60,113 nt of DNA from a virus. Its lineage: Duplodnaviria > Caudoviricetes. The position numbers were made by a program, and so were the translations under genes. Positions within the stretch are counted from its first letter, which is position 1, and the number at the start of each line of letters is the position of its first letter. Shown piece by piece: positions 45,600 through 56,123 of this stretch. The stretch is from the IMG/VR virus record IMGVR_UViG_3300030105_001581, positions 1 through 60,113 of that record, one strand, 5' to 3'. Below the pieces are notes generated by a model that saw nothing but the letters and a program-made list of their open reading frames with translations, did not search any database and was not told where the DNA came from.

Positions 45600-46520
45600 C
45601 TATTTAAGCCACTTGTTTTGTCCTCTCATGCTCATTAAAAGTCTTCCAGGATGAATATCACTTATTCTAATCTTTGCATTTCTTAATAAAGAACTTTTAT
45701 CTTTTCTAGCTCTGTTTATTATATACTCTTGTACTCCAAATTTATTATTTAATATTTCATATTTTACATATGCATAGAGATATTCTTCAAATAATTTATT
45801 TACACTTACCAATGAATCATTACCATTTTCCATACCATCGCATATGTACTCTAATACACACTGCTCATTAGCCATTGTAGAGTCAAAATTAATAACACCT
45901 GCCTTCTTATCTATTCTAAAGGTAGGATTAGCATTAGCGGTTTCAGTATTTAGACCATATCTAGCTCCAATATTATAATCTCTCCATGTGTCGGGATTAT
46001 CTGGTGAGACATTTGACCCATCATTAGAATTGTTTTGATTTAGGTATATGCTTTGTTGTGATCCATTAACTCTTTCAGTATCTAATGTTGATGCTGCAGT
46101 CTGAATTGTTCCGTCTGCATTAAAGCTTAGAGTACCCGTTGCGCTCTGCAAATACGATGCAGCTGAGTTTACTTGTATGTTCTCAGTAAGTGGTCTTAAA
46201 AAGCCGTTCTTGTACAAAGAGATCCTAACCCAGTTTACGTAATCAGAGGGTAGAGTAAAGGTAAGAGTATCAAATACCTTTAACTCTAACGCTTTTATTT
46301 CTTTAAAGGCATCATAGTTAAGTTCCTGTATACCACGTTTAGTGTGAAATAAAATCTTATACCTTTCCTCGTTGTTTACTAATGAGTGATTTCCATCATA
46401 CATTAATAGAAAATTATTAACTATATCAGTTAATGGAACATACTGAAAAGAACCCCAATTAGCATTAGAGGGAGTTACTCCAGCATTGTCGTAATATTGA
46501 TATTCAGATAAGTATGCCAT
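45600..46520 (-). CDS. Tail adaptor/ring structural protein
   Basis: RGIQEL, LPSDYVNWVRIS, VLEYICDG, AKIRIS; between capsid and muzzle genes. Confidence 0.65.
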   Translation of the reverse strand: MAYLSEYQYYDNAGVTPSNANWGSFQYVPLTDIVNNFLLMYDGNHSLVNNEERYKILFHTKRGIQELNYDAFKEIKALELKVFDTLTFTLPSDYVNWVRISLYKNGFLRPLTENIQVNSAASYLQSATGTLSFNADGTIQTAASTLDTERVNGSQQSIYLNQNNSNDGSNVSPDNPDTWRDYNIGARYGLNTETANANPTFRIDKKAGVINFDSTMANEQCVLEYICDGMENGNDSLVSVNKLFEEYLYAYVKYEILNNKFGVQEYIINRARKDKSSLLRNAKIRISDIHPGRLLMSMRGQNKWLK

Positions 46521-47251
46521 TAGTTTTCTTTTTGTTCTTCCATTTGTTCTTGCTCTGCCCCAAACTGTGCCTCTTGTATATCTCTAATTGACATACCAGC
46601 ATACTGTAGTATTTTAAATACAAGTGATGTTTCATCATCAGGAGATAATTCAAAATCTTGAAAATCTGCATTACTCTGATTAAACGCAGGGTCTCCATTA
46701 GCTACATTTAAATAAGTCCAGTTTGGTTCTTTTGGGTAACGTATGTATTGAGCTTGTACATCTGTAGCTCCATTAAACTGAGCAGGAAATATTGTTATAA
46801 AAGAACTCTGTAAGCTATAAGCAGGATACTCTAAAGTAGGTGATGTTAAGTTAGAAAGATTTAACATAGTAATTTTACTATTAGAAACTTTTTCTGCTTC
46901 TCCTTGATAAATACCTCCGCTAGAACACAAAACTTTATTTATTAAATAATAGTCGTCACTTGTAGTGGTTTGAGAAGGTAAAAAATATTGATTTAATAAA
47001 TTTTGAGTTAGCGTTTTTGTTTCTGAAAACATATCGATAACCTCTTCGTAGCCTTTAGTAATATTGGCATACCCCGTGCCCGAAAGGCGAGCATTTTCTT
47101 TGTTTATTAATTGATTGTATTGATAGAAATAATCATCGAATATATCTAGCTGCGCTTGTTTAGCAAACAAATTAAAATCTTGCGGTGAAATATACCCGTA
47201 ATTATTTTTATTAAGGATTGCCAAAACTGTATTTCGTACAGAATTTATCAT
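46520..47251 (-). CDS. Head-tail adaptor/ring protein (start moved to ATG 47251)
   Basis: MINSVRNTVLAILNKNNYGYISPQDFNLFAKQAQ, YIRYPKEPNW; TATCTTTG at 47267-47274 lies inside the longer ORF call. Confidence 0.65.
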   Translation of the reverse strand: MINSVRNTVLAILNKNNYGYISPQDFNLFAKQAQLDIFDDYFYQYNQLINKENARLSGTGYANITKGYEEVIDMFSETKTLTQNLLNQYFLPSQTTTSDDYYLINKVLCSSGGIYQGEAEKVSNSKITMLNLSNLTSPTLEYPAYSLQSSFITIFPAQFNGATDVQAQYIRYPKEPNWTYLNVANGDPAFNQSNADFQDFELSPDDETSLVFKILQYAGMSIRDIQEAQFGAEQEQMEEQKEN

Positions 47252-47277
47252 TGTTATTCTTTTACACAAAGATAAGC

Positions 47278-47310
47278 AAAAAAAAAAGAGGTCAATTTTT
47301 GTTGACCTCT
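47278..47310 (-). terminator. Rho-independent terminator
   Basis: AGAGGTCAA/TTGACCTCT stem followed by long T-run on - strand. Confidence 0.8.
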
Positions 47311-47336
47311 CCTTAAATAAAGTGTTGTTAGTATAA

Positions 47337-47615
47337 TTATGCGTTAACAATACTTGTAACTGCTTTTGGAAGCGCTACATTATAATAGGGATTCGTCCAA
47401 GAGGTAGTTAAAGAATTTTCAACTGCATTTTTAATAGCATCATAAACATCATGCGCAACCTGAGCTGCAGTAGTTATTGTAGTTGTAGTTCCATCAACAT
47501 AATCGACAGTCACAGTAGTTGCTGTCGCAGTAGCTGTTCCAATGTTTTTAATACCATTTACACTGATCAATTGGCCTGTAATTGGCGCGTTTGATACATA
47601 AAGAAATTTAGTCAT
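47337..47615 (-). CDS. Small Thr-rich virion protein (possible capsid decoration)
   Basis: 92 aa; own promoter (TATATTTG 47657-47664) and terminator. Confidence 0.6.
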   Translation of the reverse strand: MTKFLYVSNAPITGQLISVNGIKNIGTATATATTVTVDYVDGTTTTITTAAQVAHDVYDAIKNAVENSLTTSWTNPYYNVALPKAVTSIVNA

Positions 47616-47638
47616 CTTTCAAAAAATTTATGTTTTAT

Positions 47639-47664
47639 ATGAGAATATTCTCATCACAAATATA
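47639..47664 (-). promoter_or_regulatory. -7 promoter TATATTTG with adjacent 16-bp palindrome ATGAGAATATTCTCAT over the predicted start site
   Basis: Palindrome 47639-47654, -7 element 47657-47664. Confidence 0.65.
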
Positions 47665-47685
47665 CTAAAATTAAAAACACACTAT

Positions 47686-48438
47686 TTACATATTCTTTAT
47701 CAAGCCTGACAAGTGTTTCAGCACTTCTATACCTTCATCATTCTCAAAAAATGATGCTACCATGTGTGTAGATTCTTCACCATAAGGTACATTAAGCATC
47801 TTCTTTTTATTAGAAGGAGTATTAAACCAAACCTCTTTATCCTTATTTCTCATTTGCAATAAGTTTTTATCAAAGAAATTTTGAATAGTTGCATTCATTT
47901 TAAGCATAGGATCTTGTAACAATAACAAGAAATCTTTTGGTTGATTCTTAGCGAATACTAATATGTCTCTTCTTAATTCAGAAGTTGTAATTTTAGTAAC
48001 ATCAACTTGAAACAATACACGTCCTACATTTTCTACTTGATCAACCGTAAGCTGACGTGCTTCTATTAAAGCATCAACCTCATCGTTTAATTCTTGTACG
48101 ATTTCAGCGGCTTCTTTTGCTTTATCTACTAACACATATACCCGGCCTTTGCCAGGGTGAAAGTCTAAAAATTTTTGTAGTACTTGATTTTCTTTTCGTA
48201 CGGTTAAGAAACCGTTTTCAAATACAATAGGCTCTAGAATTGCATTATTATCTTGCTCCTCCTGAAAGGGAGAGTTCTGATTTCTAGCATATCGTAAAGC
48301 TTTATTAGTTCCTGTCTCTTCATCAAACCATAACAATGGAAATCTTTGAGTGTGTCGTGATGCTAAGATTAAGGAAAGTGGCGCAGTTTCGCGCGTAAGT
48401 TTGTAGATCTTGTCTACATATTTTGAAGTAGTTTTCAT
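47686..48438 (-). CDS. Conserved protein downstream of major capsid
   Basis: 250 aa; LRYARNQNSPF..EQ..IVFENGFL..LQKFLDFHP. Confidence 0.7.
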   Translation of the reverse strand: MKTTSKYVDKIYKLTRETAPLSLILASRHTQRFPLLWFDEETGTNKALRYARNQNSPFQEEQDNNAILEPIVFENGFLTVRKENQVLQKFLDFHPGKGRVYVLVDKAKEAAEIVQELNDEVDALIEARQLTVDQVENVGRVLFQVDVTKITTSELRRDILVFAKNQPKDFLLLLQDPMLKMNATIQNFFDKNLLQMRNKDKEVWFNTPSNKKKMLNVPYGEESTHMVASFFENDEGIEVLKHLSGLIKNM

Positions 48439-48465
48439 TTGATTAGATTTAAAATTTATAACAAT

Positions 48466-48491
48466 AAAAAAGGGGGCGATTAAACCCCCTT
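48466..48491 (-). terminator. Terminator after major capsid gene
   Basis: AAGGGGG/CCCCCTT stem with T-run on - strand. Confidence 0.7.
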
Positions 48492-48505
48492 ATTAATTTA
48501 CCCTA

Positions 48506-49975
48506 TTACTCTTGGAAGATAAAGAAGTTGTTAGCACCTAAAGTACAAACAGCTCTCTCTGACAAGAAGTTTACTTGCATGTTATCCACATCACTAGTAG
48601 CTGCACCACCGGCTGAACCAGTAATCCAAGTTTTGTAACGACGATCTTCTGTTTCAGAAGCTCTGTAACGTACATGTAAGAAAGGACGTTTAGCATTTTT
48701 ACCAAGTATTTGGTCATAAACACTAGTTGATCCAGCTGGTACAAGTAGTCCGTTTACACGTCCTGATCCTGCTCCTGTTGGAAGTCCACCTCTCATTGTT
48801 GGGTCATTTAAGTATTTCCAGTCACTCTTATAGAAGTCATAACCTCTACGGAATCCTGTAAATCCTAAGTTTAACGCCATCTCTTGATCATTGTCAAAAA
48901 GACCATATGAAGTACCACCTGCTCCGTAAGAGTTTTGTGCTGCTAACATATCATCGATATCAAAAGCAAACTGACGATCAACGAATAATACGTTTTCTTC
49001 AATTGCCCCTTGCTTGTCAAGACGACTAATTACATTGTCAAAGTCAGCTAATACTGTTGGGTTTCCACCGTCCCAGATATTACCTCTTTGTTGTACAGCA
49101 TAGAAAATACCATCTGATCCTGCTCCAGTTTCACCAGCTCCAGCGTTAGAACCACCTAAGATAAGATCTGCTCCTGAACCTTGTTCTGCAGGTACAGCCT
49201 CAATCATTGCTGTCTCTAAGAAATCATCAAAACGTAGTCTTGTTTCATGCTCAGACTTAAGATACCATAAGTATCCACTTGCTCCGTCTTCAGTTGTAAT
49301 TTCAATCCATCCAATCTGAGCCATGTCAGATCCAGATACGTTATAAGTATCTTTAATGATAATAGGCTTGTTGTCAAAAATGAAATCATTTGATTCAAGA
49401 GAACCTTGCATTCCTGCTGTTCCTTTTCTAAATTCAGATCCGTAGATAAATACAGTAACATCTGCATTAGCTAATCCTGTTCCTCCAGTAAATCCAGCTG
49501 CTTCATAAAAATCTGCTGTGAATTGACCTTGACCATTACCAGCTGCTCTTGCAGTTACTGCACTAACAACCGCTTTGTTTGATCCTGATCCGTCATTTTT
49601 TACGACAACAAGAGTTTGACCAACTCTAATAACTTGATTAGCTGCAGCTGGGTCTAGTACGTCATTTACTTGAAATACAACTTGATTAGCACCTGCTATA
49701 ACTCCACAACCTACTTGAGTATATTTAGTATGTAATCTACCTTGCTCAGCCCATTTGATAAGGTCAGAGTTAGTAGGCATCTCAGCACCTACCATACGGA
49801 GGAATGAAGAGATTGTTCTGTTACCATAACGCTCGAATTCTTTTTCGTAAGTGTCTGGTAAATATTGATTTAACCAATTGAAATCTGCATTGGTTAGATA
49901 ATTTTGTGCTGTTGGAGTTCTCTCTGAACTCGGGGTTAGCGCAAACGTTGGTGCGGCTTTTACTTGTCCTGCCAT
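48506..49975 (-). CDS. Major capsid protein
   Basis: 489 aa; IKWAEQGRLH, NKPIIIKD, LGFTGFRRG, FLSERAVCTLGANNF; portal-scaffold-MCP order and terminator. Confidence 0.8.
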   Translation of the reverse strand: MAGQVKAAPTFALTPSSERTPTAQNYLTNADFNWLNQYLPDTYEKEFERYGNRTISSFLRMVGAEMPTNSDLIKWAEQGRLHTKYTQVGCGVIAGANQVVFQVNDVLDPAAANQVIRVGQTLVVVKNDGSGSNKAVVSAVTARAAGNGQGQFTADFYEAAGFTGGTGLANADVTVFIYGSEFRKGTAGMQGSLESNDFIFDNKPIIIKDTYNVSGSDMAQIGWIEITTEDGASGYLWYLKSEHETRLRFDDFLETAMIEAVPAEQGSGADLILGGSNAGAGETGAGSDGIFYAVQQRGNIWDGGNPTVLADFDNVISRLDKQGAIEENVLFVDRQFAFDIDDMLAAQNSYGAGGTSYGLFDNDQEMALNLGFTGFRRGYDFYKSDWKYLNDPTMRGGLPTGAGSGRVNGLLVPAGSTSVYDQILGKNAKRPFLHVRYRASETEDRRYKTWITGSAGGAATSDVDNMQVNFLSERAVCTLGANNFFIFQE

Positions 49976-49997
49976 GATTATAAGTTTTTAATTAATA

Positions 49998-51131
49998 TTA
50001 AGTTCTTTTTATACTTCTAATTTTTAGTCCATTGCTTGAAGGCGTTGAAACTGATTTAACTTGCATTCCTCCTTGTGTTGAAACTTCTGGTGCACTACGC
50101 TCACTCATATTTATATTTTTTGTTTTGCGTATCACATCTTCCGTTGCATTTGATTGACCCTGTTCGTAAAAGAACTGAGCAAATTTTTCCGGATTCATTG
50201 CTATAGCTAAAGAGCGATGGTATCCCTCTGCGTCTTTAAGCATACCCGATTCATCTAAGAATTTATTTACAAAATTCATAGGCGTTTCTTGAGCTTTTCT
50301 TAACTCAGAAGCATTGCCTGGAGAAAAAGTTATATCGGACTCGTCAACTTTAAATTTAAAACCTTTAAATTCAGTGCTAAAGACTTCGTCACTTTTCTTC
50401 GCAAACCAATCAGATTTACGATCACTTTCTTCTTTCTGCGTTTTAGCTTCATTCACATATTGCTTGTAAGCTTTAAATTCTTCATTCTGAGAGGCTGAAC
50501 TTTCTCTTGACTCAAGAGGCTGTTTATACACTTCCTGTTGTTCTCTGAAGAACTTTTTTGCTTTAGCAATAATTTTTTTCTTTGCTAACCTTGTTTTTTT
50601 AACATCTGCAGGATCATCCAGTTCCTCATCAAACTCATAATCTTCCATTATGGATTCGATATCTTCAGGATCTAAACCTTCCTCAGTTATAGTTAAATAC
50701 TCTTTTAGCAAAGAGTCAGGATTCATTTGAGAAAAGTCTTGCTGTAGCTTAACATATTCTTCCAAACTTCTTCCTGTTTCTTTTTTGTACTTAAAGTAAG
50801 CAGCCACATCTTCAGGAAGGGTCTCTGACTCTTCTCTTTCAGCTGTCAATTCTTCTAAAGAATTTATTTGCTTACCATATCTTTTTTCAATAAACGAAAG
50901 AACTTGTTCTTCATTTAATTCTGAAAGCTCAGGATCTTTTTTAAGTTCCTCTACAATACTTTCTTCGGATTTTATTTCAGGCTCCGAAACTTCAACAGAA
51001 TCTACCTGTTCTTTTTTGTCATCATCAAACTCAAGTTTTTGTTGAGCCTCATGCTTGTCTAATAATTCTTGCTCTATCTGTTGTTTAGACTTTTCTACAA
51101 CGTCAGTAACTTCTCTTACTTGCATTTCCAT
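49998..51131 (-). CDS. Capsid scaffolding protein
   Basis: 377 aa very acidic and helical, between portal and MCP; TAATTTTG at 51153-51160. Confidence 0.7.
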   Translation of the reverse strand: MEMQVREVTDVVEKSKQQIEQELLDKHEAQQKLEFDDDKKEQVDSVEVSEPEIKSEESIVEELKKDPELSELNEEQVLSFIEKRYGKQINSLEELTAEREESETLPEDVAAYFKYKKETGRSLEEYVKLQQDFSQMNPDSLLKEYLTITEEGLDPEDIESIMEDYEFDEELDDPADVKKTRLAKKKIIAKAKKFFREQQEVYKQPLESRESSASQNEEFKAYKQYVNEAKTQKEESDRKSDWFAKKSDEVFSTEFKGFKFKVDESDITFSPGNASELRKAQETPMNFVNKFLDESGMLKDAEGYHRSLAIAMNPEKFAQFFYEQGQSNATEDVIRKTKNINMSERSAPEVSTQGGMQVKSVSTPSSNGLKIRSIKRT

Positions 51132-51184
51132 TTGATTTGATTTGATTTATTACAAAATTACTAAAAAAACAAATACGTTTTTAC

Positions 51185-53620
51185 CTACCTAGGATTGAAC
51201 TCCGCTAAGTCAAACCCATCCATTGAGTCTTCATTAGATTCAAATCTTTTAGGTGGTAAATTATTTTTTCTTTGATTAATTAGCTGTGATTGTTCTGTGT
51301 TTTGCTGACTAATTCTATTATTTTTAGCCTCTTCTCTTGCCCCTTCTCTTGATGACAATGCGGTTTCAGTAATATTGTTAAGTTGCTGATTATAAGCAAA
51401 CTCCTGCTTCATAAGCATAGCCTTTAGATTAGCTTCATTATTTTGCTTTTCAATTTCAAAAGCTATTTCAGCTTGTCTTATCTTTATTTGAGCTTGAGCT
51501 TCAAGTTCTATTTTTTGAACCGCAACTTGCGCTGCCATTTCTTGTGATTTTAATTGTTGCTGAGAAACCATTGCTTGCTGCTGCATCTGCATCTTCTCTT
51601 CTTGCTCTTGCTTAGACTTACGCTTAACCTTTAATAATTGATTAGCAAGTTTAAGGTTTTTAATTTCACGTATGTCTATAGCGTCTTCAAGATTTATACT
51701 ACTCTTAGATAATGCCATCTGAATATTTTGCTCTAGCATTGCCTTCTGTTCCTCGTCTGGTGATAGCTCTATAAATACTCCAAAGTCATAAATATATAAT
51801 TGTGATATTTCACCTAGTATACTCACATTATACTTACCTATTTTATTAATAAAGTCTTCTTTAAAATCGGCATACTCTAAAATATCAGCCACCCTATACG
51901 TTAACGCTTCAGCTAACGCTCGATATATGTAAAGACTTCCGTCTAATATATGTCGGGTAGCTGTATTTGAGCTTAAAGCTGCTAATTTCTGAACACCTAC
52001 TAAAGCATCAGGATTAGGGCTTGACCCATCTCTCGCTTCATTAAGACCAGTTACTGAACGTATCATGTCTAAGTAATGATTGTAATTTGCTAACAGCATC
52101 TGTGTTTTAGAAGCTCCTGAATTACCTGTAAGCTGTTGAATCGGAACTCTTCCCTGATTGTACTCACCGTCTTGAGTATAGCTACGACCTATAACACTAC
52201 CTGTTTGAAAATACAAACGCAATGCGTCTTCTGGATTATATGCTGCCCCTGTTCCTAAGTCAACCTCATTTAAACCATCTGCATCAATATAAACCCCGTC
52301 AGGAACTACTTTAGCAATTACTTGCTGTAGCTTTAAATGTGTTATTTGTATAAGATCTGCAAAAGGAATCATTCGTCGAACTAAAGATTCAATAACACCC
52401 TTGTACATTCTTGGTGCTACTGCTACATAATTAGGTAATGCATGCTGCGATGAAGACTTAGGTCTAACCATATTCCTTGCAAGTTCCCACTTAAGTATAA
52501 TGTTAGTTCCCATAACCATTACACCGTCATACCACACATCGATAGTCTTTTCAATCTTTTCAAAGTTTCCTTCTTCAAGCATTTCTTCTGGAGGATTAAA
52601 AGTATCATCCTTTTCTATCATTTTAGTTGCACCACCTTCACCTATTTTTTTCTTATAAACTATTTTTTTTGTTGTCTTGTAGTTGAAATACATTAACGTA
52701 CAAGTGTCGCGATAAAATATATCGTTTTCAGAATATTGTGCAGTATTAAAATAATCATACCAGCTTTGACCGTATCTAGATATTTCTTCTAACTGTTCAT
52801 TAGTTAAGGTTGGATCAATTTTTACTAGTTCACTTATACTCACTGTTTTTATTTCACCCCAGTAGAAACAATCTTTAAAAAATGGATCTTCAGTATAACT
52901 ATATATAACATTAGCAGGATCTACATACGATACTTGAACTCCAGAACCTGGGAGAAACTCGTGCTTAGCCATACCAACTCCTATAACCATCTGATCATAG
53001 TCTATTCTTTTTCTAGTATCTTGATAATGATTTTCAGCAAACATGGTATCGATTGCTTCTTCTTCTGCAATTTCTATTGCTGGTTTATAGTTAAGATTCA
53101 TGTACAATGAAAGTTCTTCGTCAGTTGCCGGAAGATCATCAGGATTCATAACAAAAGGATCAAATCCAGTTTCTTTTTGTATAGTTTTTAAAATAGGTTT
53201 AGCTGCCATCTGACCTTCAATCATCTCTTGATACTTACTTCTTTTTGATTGAGACAAAGCATCTTGAGCATAAGCCTTAACCTTAAAAAGCCTATCCTGC
53301 ATACCATTAACAACAATGTCTACAAACTTTGGAAGTATAGGAACCGGAGTCCAGTCAAGGTTTAAATAAGACAGATCACCATCTATAGATAATTCATTCT
53401 TATATTTAGCAACCGACTGTTCACCCCTAGCATATAGACGCAATCTATTAAAATCTCTCCACTGACTGTGGTATCTAGATCCGCTAGAATCTTTTCTGAA
53501 CCACTCGTACTGTATCGCTTGACCTATCTGTAGACCGAATTGATCGGAGGCTTTTTCTGAGTCTGATACAAACTGACTAGGAAAACCTACAGATGAAATA
53601 TTTATATTAACGTCTTTCAT
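51185..53620 (-). CDS. Portal protein
   Basis: 811 aa after TerL; LNLDWTPVPILPKFVDIVVNGM, TGLNEARDGS, Q-rich C-terminal coiled coil. Confidence 0.85.
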   Translation of the reverse strand: MKDVNINISSVGFPSQFVSDSEKASDQFGLQIGQAIQYEWFRKDSSGSRYHSQWRDFNRLRLYARGEQSVAKYKNELSIDGDLSYLNLDWTPVPILPKFVDIVVNGMQDRLFKVKAYAQDALSQSKRSKYQEMIEGQMAAKPILKTIQKETGFDPFVMNPDDLPATDEELSLYMNLNYKPAIEIAEEEAIDTMFAENHYQDTRKRIDYDQMVIGVGMAKHEFLPGSGVQVSYVDPANVIYSYTEDPFFKDCFYWGEIKTVSISELVKIDPTLTNEQLEEISRYGQSWYDYFNTAQYSENDIFYRDTCTLMYFNYKTTKKIVYKKKIGEGGATKMIEKDDTFNPPEEMLEEGNFEKIEKTIDVWYDGVMVMGTNIILKWELARNMVRPKSSSQHALPNYVAVAPRMYKGVIESLVRRMIPFADLIQITHLKLQQVIAKVVPDGVYIDADGLNEVDLGTGAAYNPEDALRLYFQTGSVIGRSYTQDGEYNQGRVPIQQLTGNSGASKTQMLLANYNHYLDMIRSVTGLNEARDGSSPNPDALVGVQKLAALSSNTATRHILDGSLYIYRALAEALTYRVADILEYADFKEDFINKIGKYNVSILGEISQLYIYDFGVFIELSPDEEQKAMLEQNIQMALSKSSINLEDAIDIREIKNLKLANQLLKVKRKSKQEQEEKMQMQQQAMVSQQQLKSQEMAAQVAVQKIELEAQAQIKIRQAEIAFEIEKQNNEANLKAMLMKQEFAYNQQLNNITETALSSREGAREEAKNNRISQQNTEQSQLINQRKNNLPPKRFESNEDSMDGFDLAEFNPR

Positions 53621-55867
53621 CTATTTTATTAATTCACTATAAACTCCATTATTAGTATATCTTGCAAAGTTAAGATTTATTTTGGTTTGTTTTTGATCAG
53701 GCAAATACAGATTCTTTTGATTAGCCATAACCGCTAAACCTGAGCTAATACTAGCATCAAACTTTGTTCTATTATTAATATCAAACCTTGACCACTCCTC
53801 CAAGGTACGCATAAAATACATGGTTCCCATTTCAGAAACATCTCGGTAAGCCCCATCTAAATCTAGGCCTACATATTTTTCTATATACGACTCAATAGCT
53901 GCTGCATGTGACTGCTTAACATCCTCTGATGTATTCGGTATACCTCCTAATTCTTTTTCTGTTTTAGATAGTTTGTTGAAATGACGATCAGGTCTATTCA
54001 CACTATAGCCCCTATACCCTCTGTTTTTAAAGTGATACAAAAGCCTTGGCTTATTGTTCTCTACAAGTATCGGCATACTATAAAAAATACACGCCATTAA
54101 TACTTCTTCAAAAAATATCTCTGCCGTCTGTGGTCTAGCAACGTACTCTAGAAAAAACTCATTACTCGGAGCTTGCTCCATATTAAATTTAGTCAGTCCA
54201 TGCAACGCACCGTTAGATCCTCTTCCTCCTACCGTTCCAGATATATCATAAGAGTCACAGCCAAACGCACCAATATGTTCATTTAGAGGATAAAAGACTC
54301 CATTTTTAGTCTGCTTTCTATTTGTCAAAGATTTATTAGGAGTCCACGATACCTTAAATCTACCGTTAGGATCAGGAGTGAATATAACTTCAGTATCTTT
54401 TACTCCGTCTTTCCAATAAAACTTACCTGTAGTTACGTGCTGATTTATGATAAGCGAATCATTATAATCTATCTGTTGATATATTTTACTTAAATTAAAT
54501 AAAGAAGATTTGCTTTCATCTCTAAACGCATGCGATACACTTCTAGGAAACTGACGGTAAAATTCATTCAATGCATCTGGATCTTTTTTAAGCGAATCAA
54601 CTTCAGCTTGCCAGTAATCAATTGCACCATTAAGGATCATTTCTCCATCAACTCCAAGCACAGGTTCCTCAGGCTTGTAAAATACAGGCATCCCATACTT
54701 ATCTATAAAACCTTCCATGTTCCACTCCATAGGAATAAACAAAGAATACATACCACTTTTAGTTTGACCATTTGAATTACGTGTAGATAAATCAGAGTCT
54801 TCAAACAATTTTTTAAAATTAGATCCTCCTTTATTTAAAGCATTAGAAGTAGAACCCATCATACACTTGCCTATTATCTTGCTACCTAACCTCAAGCAAG
54901 TCTTAGTTACGCGCCAATTATTTAATATGTTATTAGGCTTTAGCCATTTTCCACTCTCATCATGAACTAATAAAAGTAATTTTTCACCATCATAGGAGTT
55001 TTCATCTGTATTCTTCCAGTCAATAGTGGTATCTAAACCATAGAGCTCATCATCCACAGTATCATACATATTTTTTTTAGTAATCTTAGAGGCAGGTATA
55101 CGAAATGCTAATTCTGTTTTTGGCTTATCCATACCATCCTGAATAGGTTTAAAAAAGAATGGCAACCTATTCGCAATAGGAACTACCTTATCGGTAAACA
55201 TTTTCTTAGCATCAGACCCAGTCTTAGATAGTATGCCTACCCTAGAGTCTTTTACTAAAGTGCCCGTGTTAACACATTCTGACGACCCCATAAATGAAAA
55301 TCCAGAACGTCTTATTTTTAAATAGTCCATTCCAAAACATCTCTTGTCAGCCTTACAAGCTTCCCAGTAAATAAAAAATATTCTATTAGCCTCTCTAAAG
55401 TCTGGATATCCAATATCAATACTTGTCCACTGTAAATACATGTAGTGAGATCCAGTCATATAAGTTCGAATACCGTTGTTATAAAACCAAAAGCCTAGCT
55501 CTCTCCTGTCAAATTCTTTTTCTATGTAGTCAACCCACTTATCTTTAAACAAAGATGACATTTCATTCCATTGAAATATAGAATTAATTCGTGATAGCTG
55601 CTTTGGTATAGATTCTCTTTCCCAATACTGATCAACTTTAGAATCAGATCGTTTATGTATTTCCTTGGGTTGCATCGGTAGACCGATATATAAACCATTA
55701 ACTTCTATTACCTGATCAATTTGACCTGTTTTAGAAATAACAACTAGCTTATACTTTTCATTATATCCGTAAAGCCATGATCGATTATTATTCTTATTCT
55801 TTAGAACTCCAGAAGGAATAAAATCTTTTACATTACTATATATTTTATTTTGATCTTCTTTCTGCAA
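53621..55867 (-). CDS. terL: Terminase large subunit
   Basis: KIRRSGFS (Walker A-like), LLVHDESGKW (Walker B), GSTSN, GCDSYD nuclease motif, LVENN, FDASISSG. Confidence 0.88.
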   Translation of the reverse strand: MQKEDQNKIYSNVKDFIPSGVLKNKNNNRSWLYGYNEKYKLVVISKTGQIDQVIEVNGLYIGLPMQPKEIHKRSDSKVDQYWERESIPKQLSRINSIFQWNEMSSLFKDKWVDYIEKEFDRRELGFWFYNNGIRTYMTGSHYMYLQWTSIDIGYPDFREANRIFFIYWEACKADKRCFGMDYLKIRRSGFSFMGSSECVNTGTLVKDSRVGILSKTGSDAKKMFTDKVVPIANRLPFFFKPIQDGMDKPKTELAFRIPASKITKKNMYDTVDDELYGLDTTIDWKNTDENSYDGEKLLLLVHDESGKWLKPNNILNNWRVTKTCLRLGSKIIGKCMMGSTSNALNKGGSNFKKLFEDSDLSTRNSNGQTKSGMYSLFIPMEWNMEGFIDKYGMPVFYKPEEPVLGVDGEMILNGAIDYWQAEVDSLKKDPDALNEFYRQFPRSVSHAFRDESKSSLFNLSKIYQQIDYNDSLIINQHVTTGKFYWKDGVKDTEVIFTPDPNGRFKVSWTPNKSLTNRKQTKNGVFYPLNEHIGAFGCDSYDISGTVGGRGSNGALHGLTKFNMEQAPSNEFFLEYVARPQTAEIFFEEVLMACIFYSMPILVENNKPRLLYHFKNRGYRGYSVNRPDRHFNKLSKTEKELGGIPNTSEDVKQSHAAAIESYIEKYVGLDLDGAYRDVSEMGTMYFMRTLEEWSRFDINNRTKFDASISSGLAVMANQKNLYLPDQKQTKINLNFARYTNNGVYSELIK

Positions 55868-56123
55868 AGCCTTGTTTTGTTTGAGGTTTATCTTTATTAA
55901 CTGACATATTTATATTCTCTTGCTCTGTATCAATCTTATTAAGAATCTCAAACGCATCGAATATAGCTAATTTTTTAGTGGCTGCCGCATTCTTCAATCT
56001 ATCTGCAGCTAGCTCATCTTCCGGATCATGCTTTATTATATCCTCCTTTGCAACTTTTATTAATTGCTCAACAGCTTTTTTACCTGCCTGTATTATTTGT
56101 AGTTTTAATAAATCTGAACTCAT
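55845..56123 (-). CDS. Putative terminase small subunit
   Basis: 92 aa helical, overlaps TerL start; RLKNAAATKKLAIFDAFEIL. Confidence 0.45.
   Translation of the reverse strand: MSSDLLKLQIIQAGKKAVEQLIKVAKEDIIKHDPEDELAADRLKNAAATKKLAIFDAFEILNKIDTEQENINMSVNKDKPQTKQGFAERRSK

Noticed and set aside
47252-47350. Extended 5' end of ORF 46520..47350
   Set aside because: Runs through a terminator and a -7 promoter element; ATG 47251 is the better start
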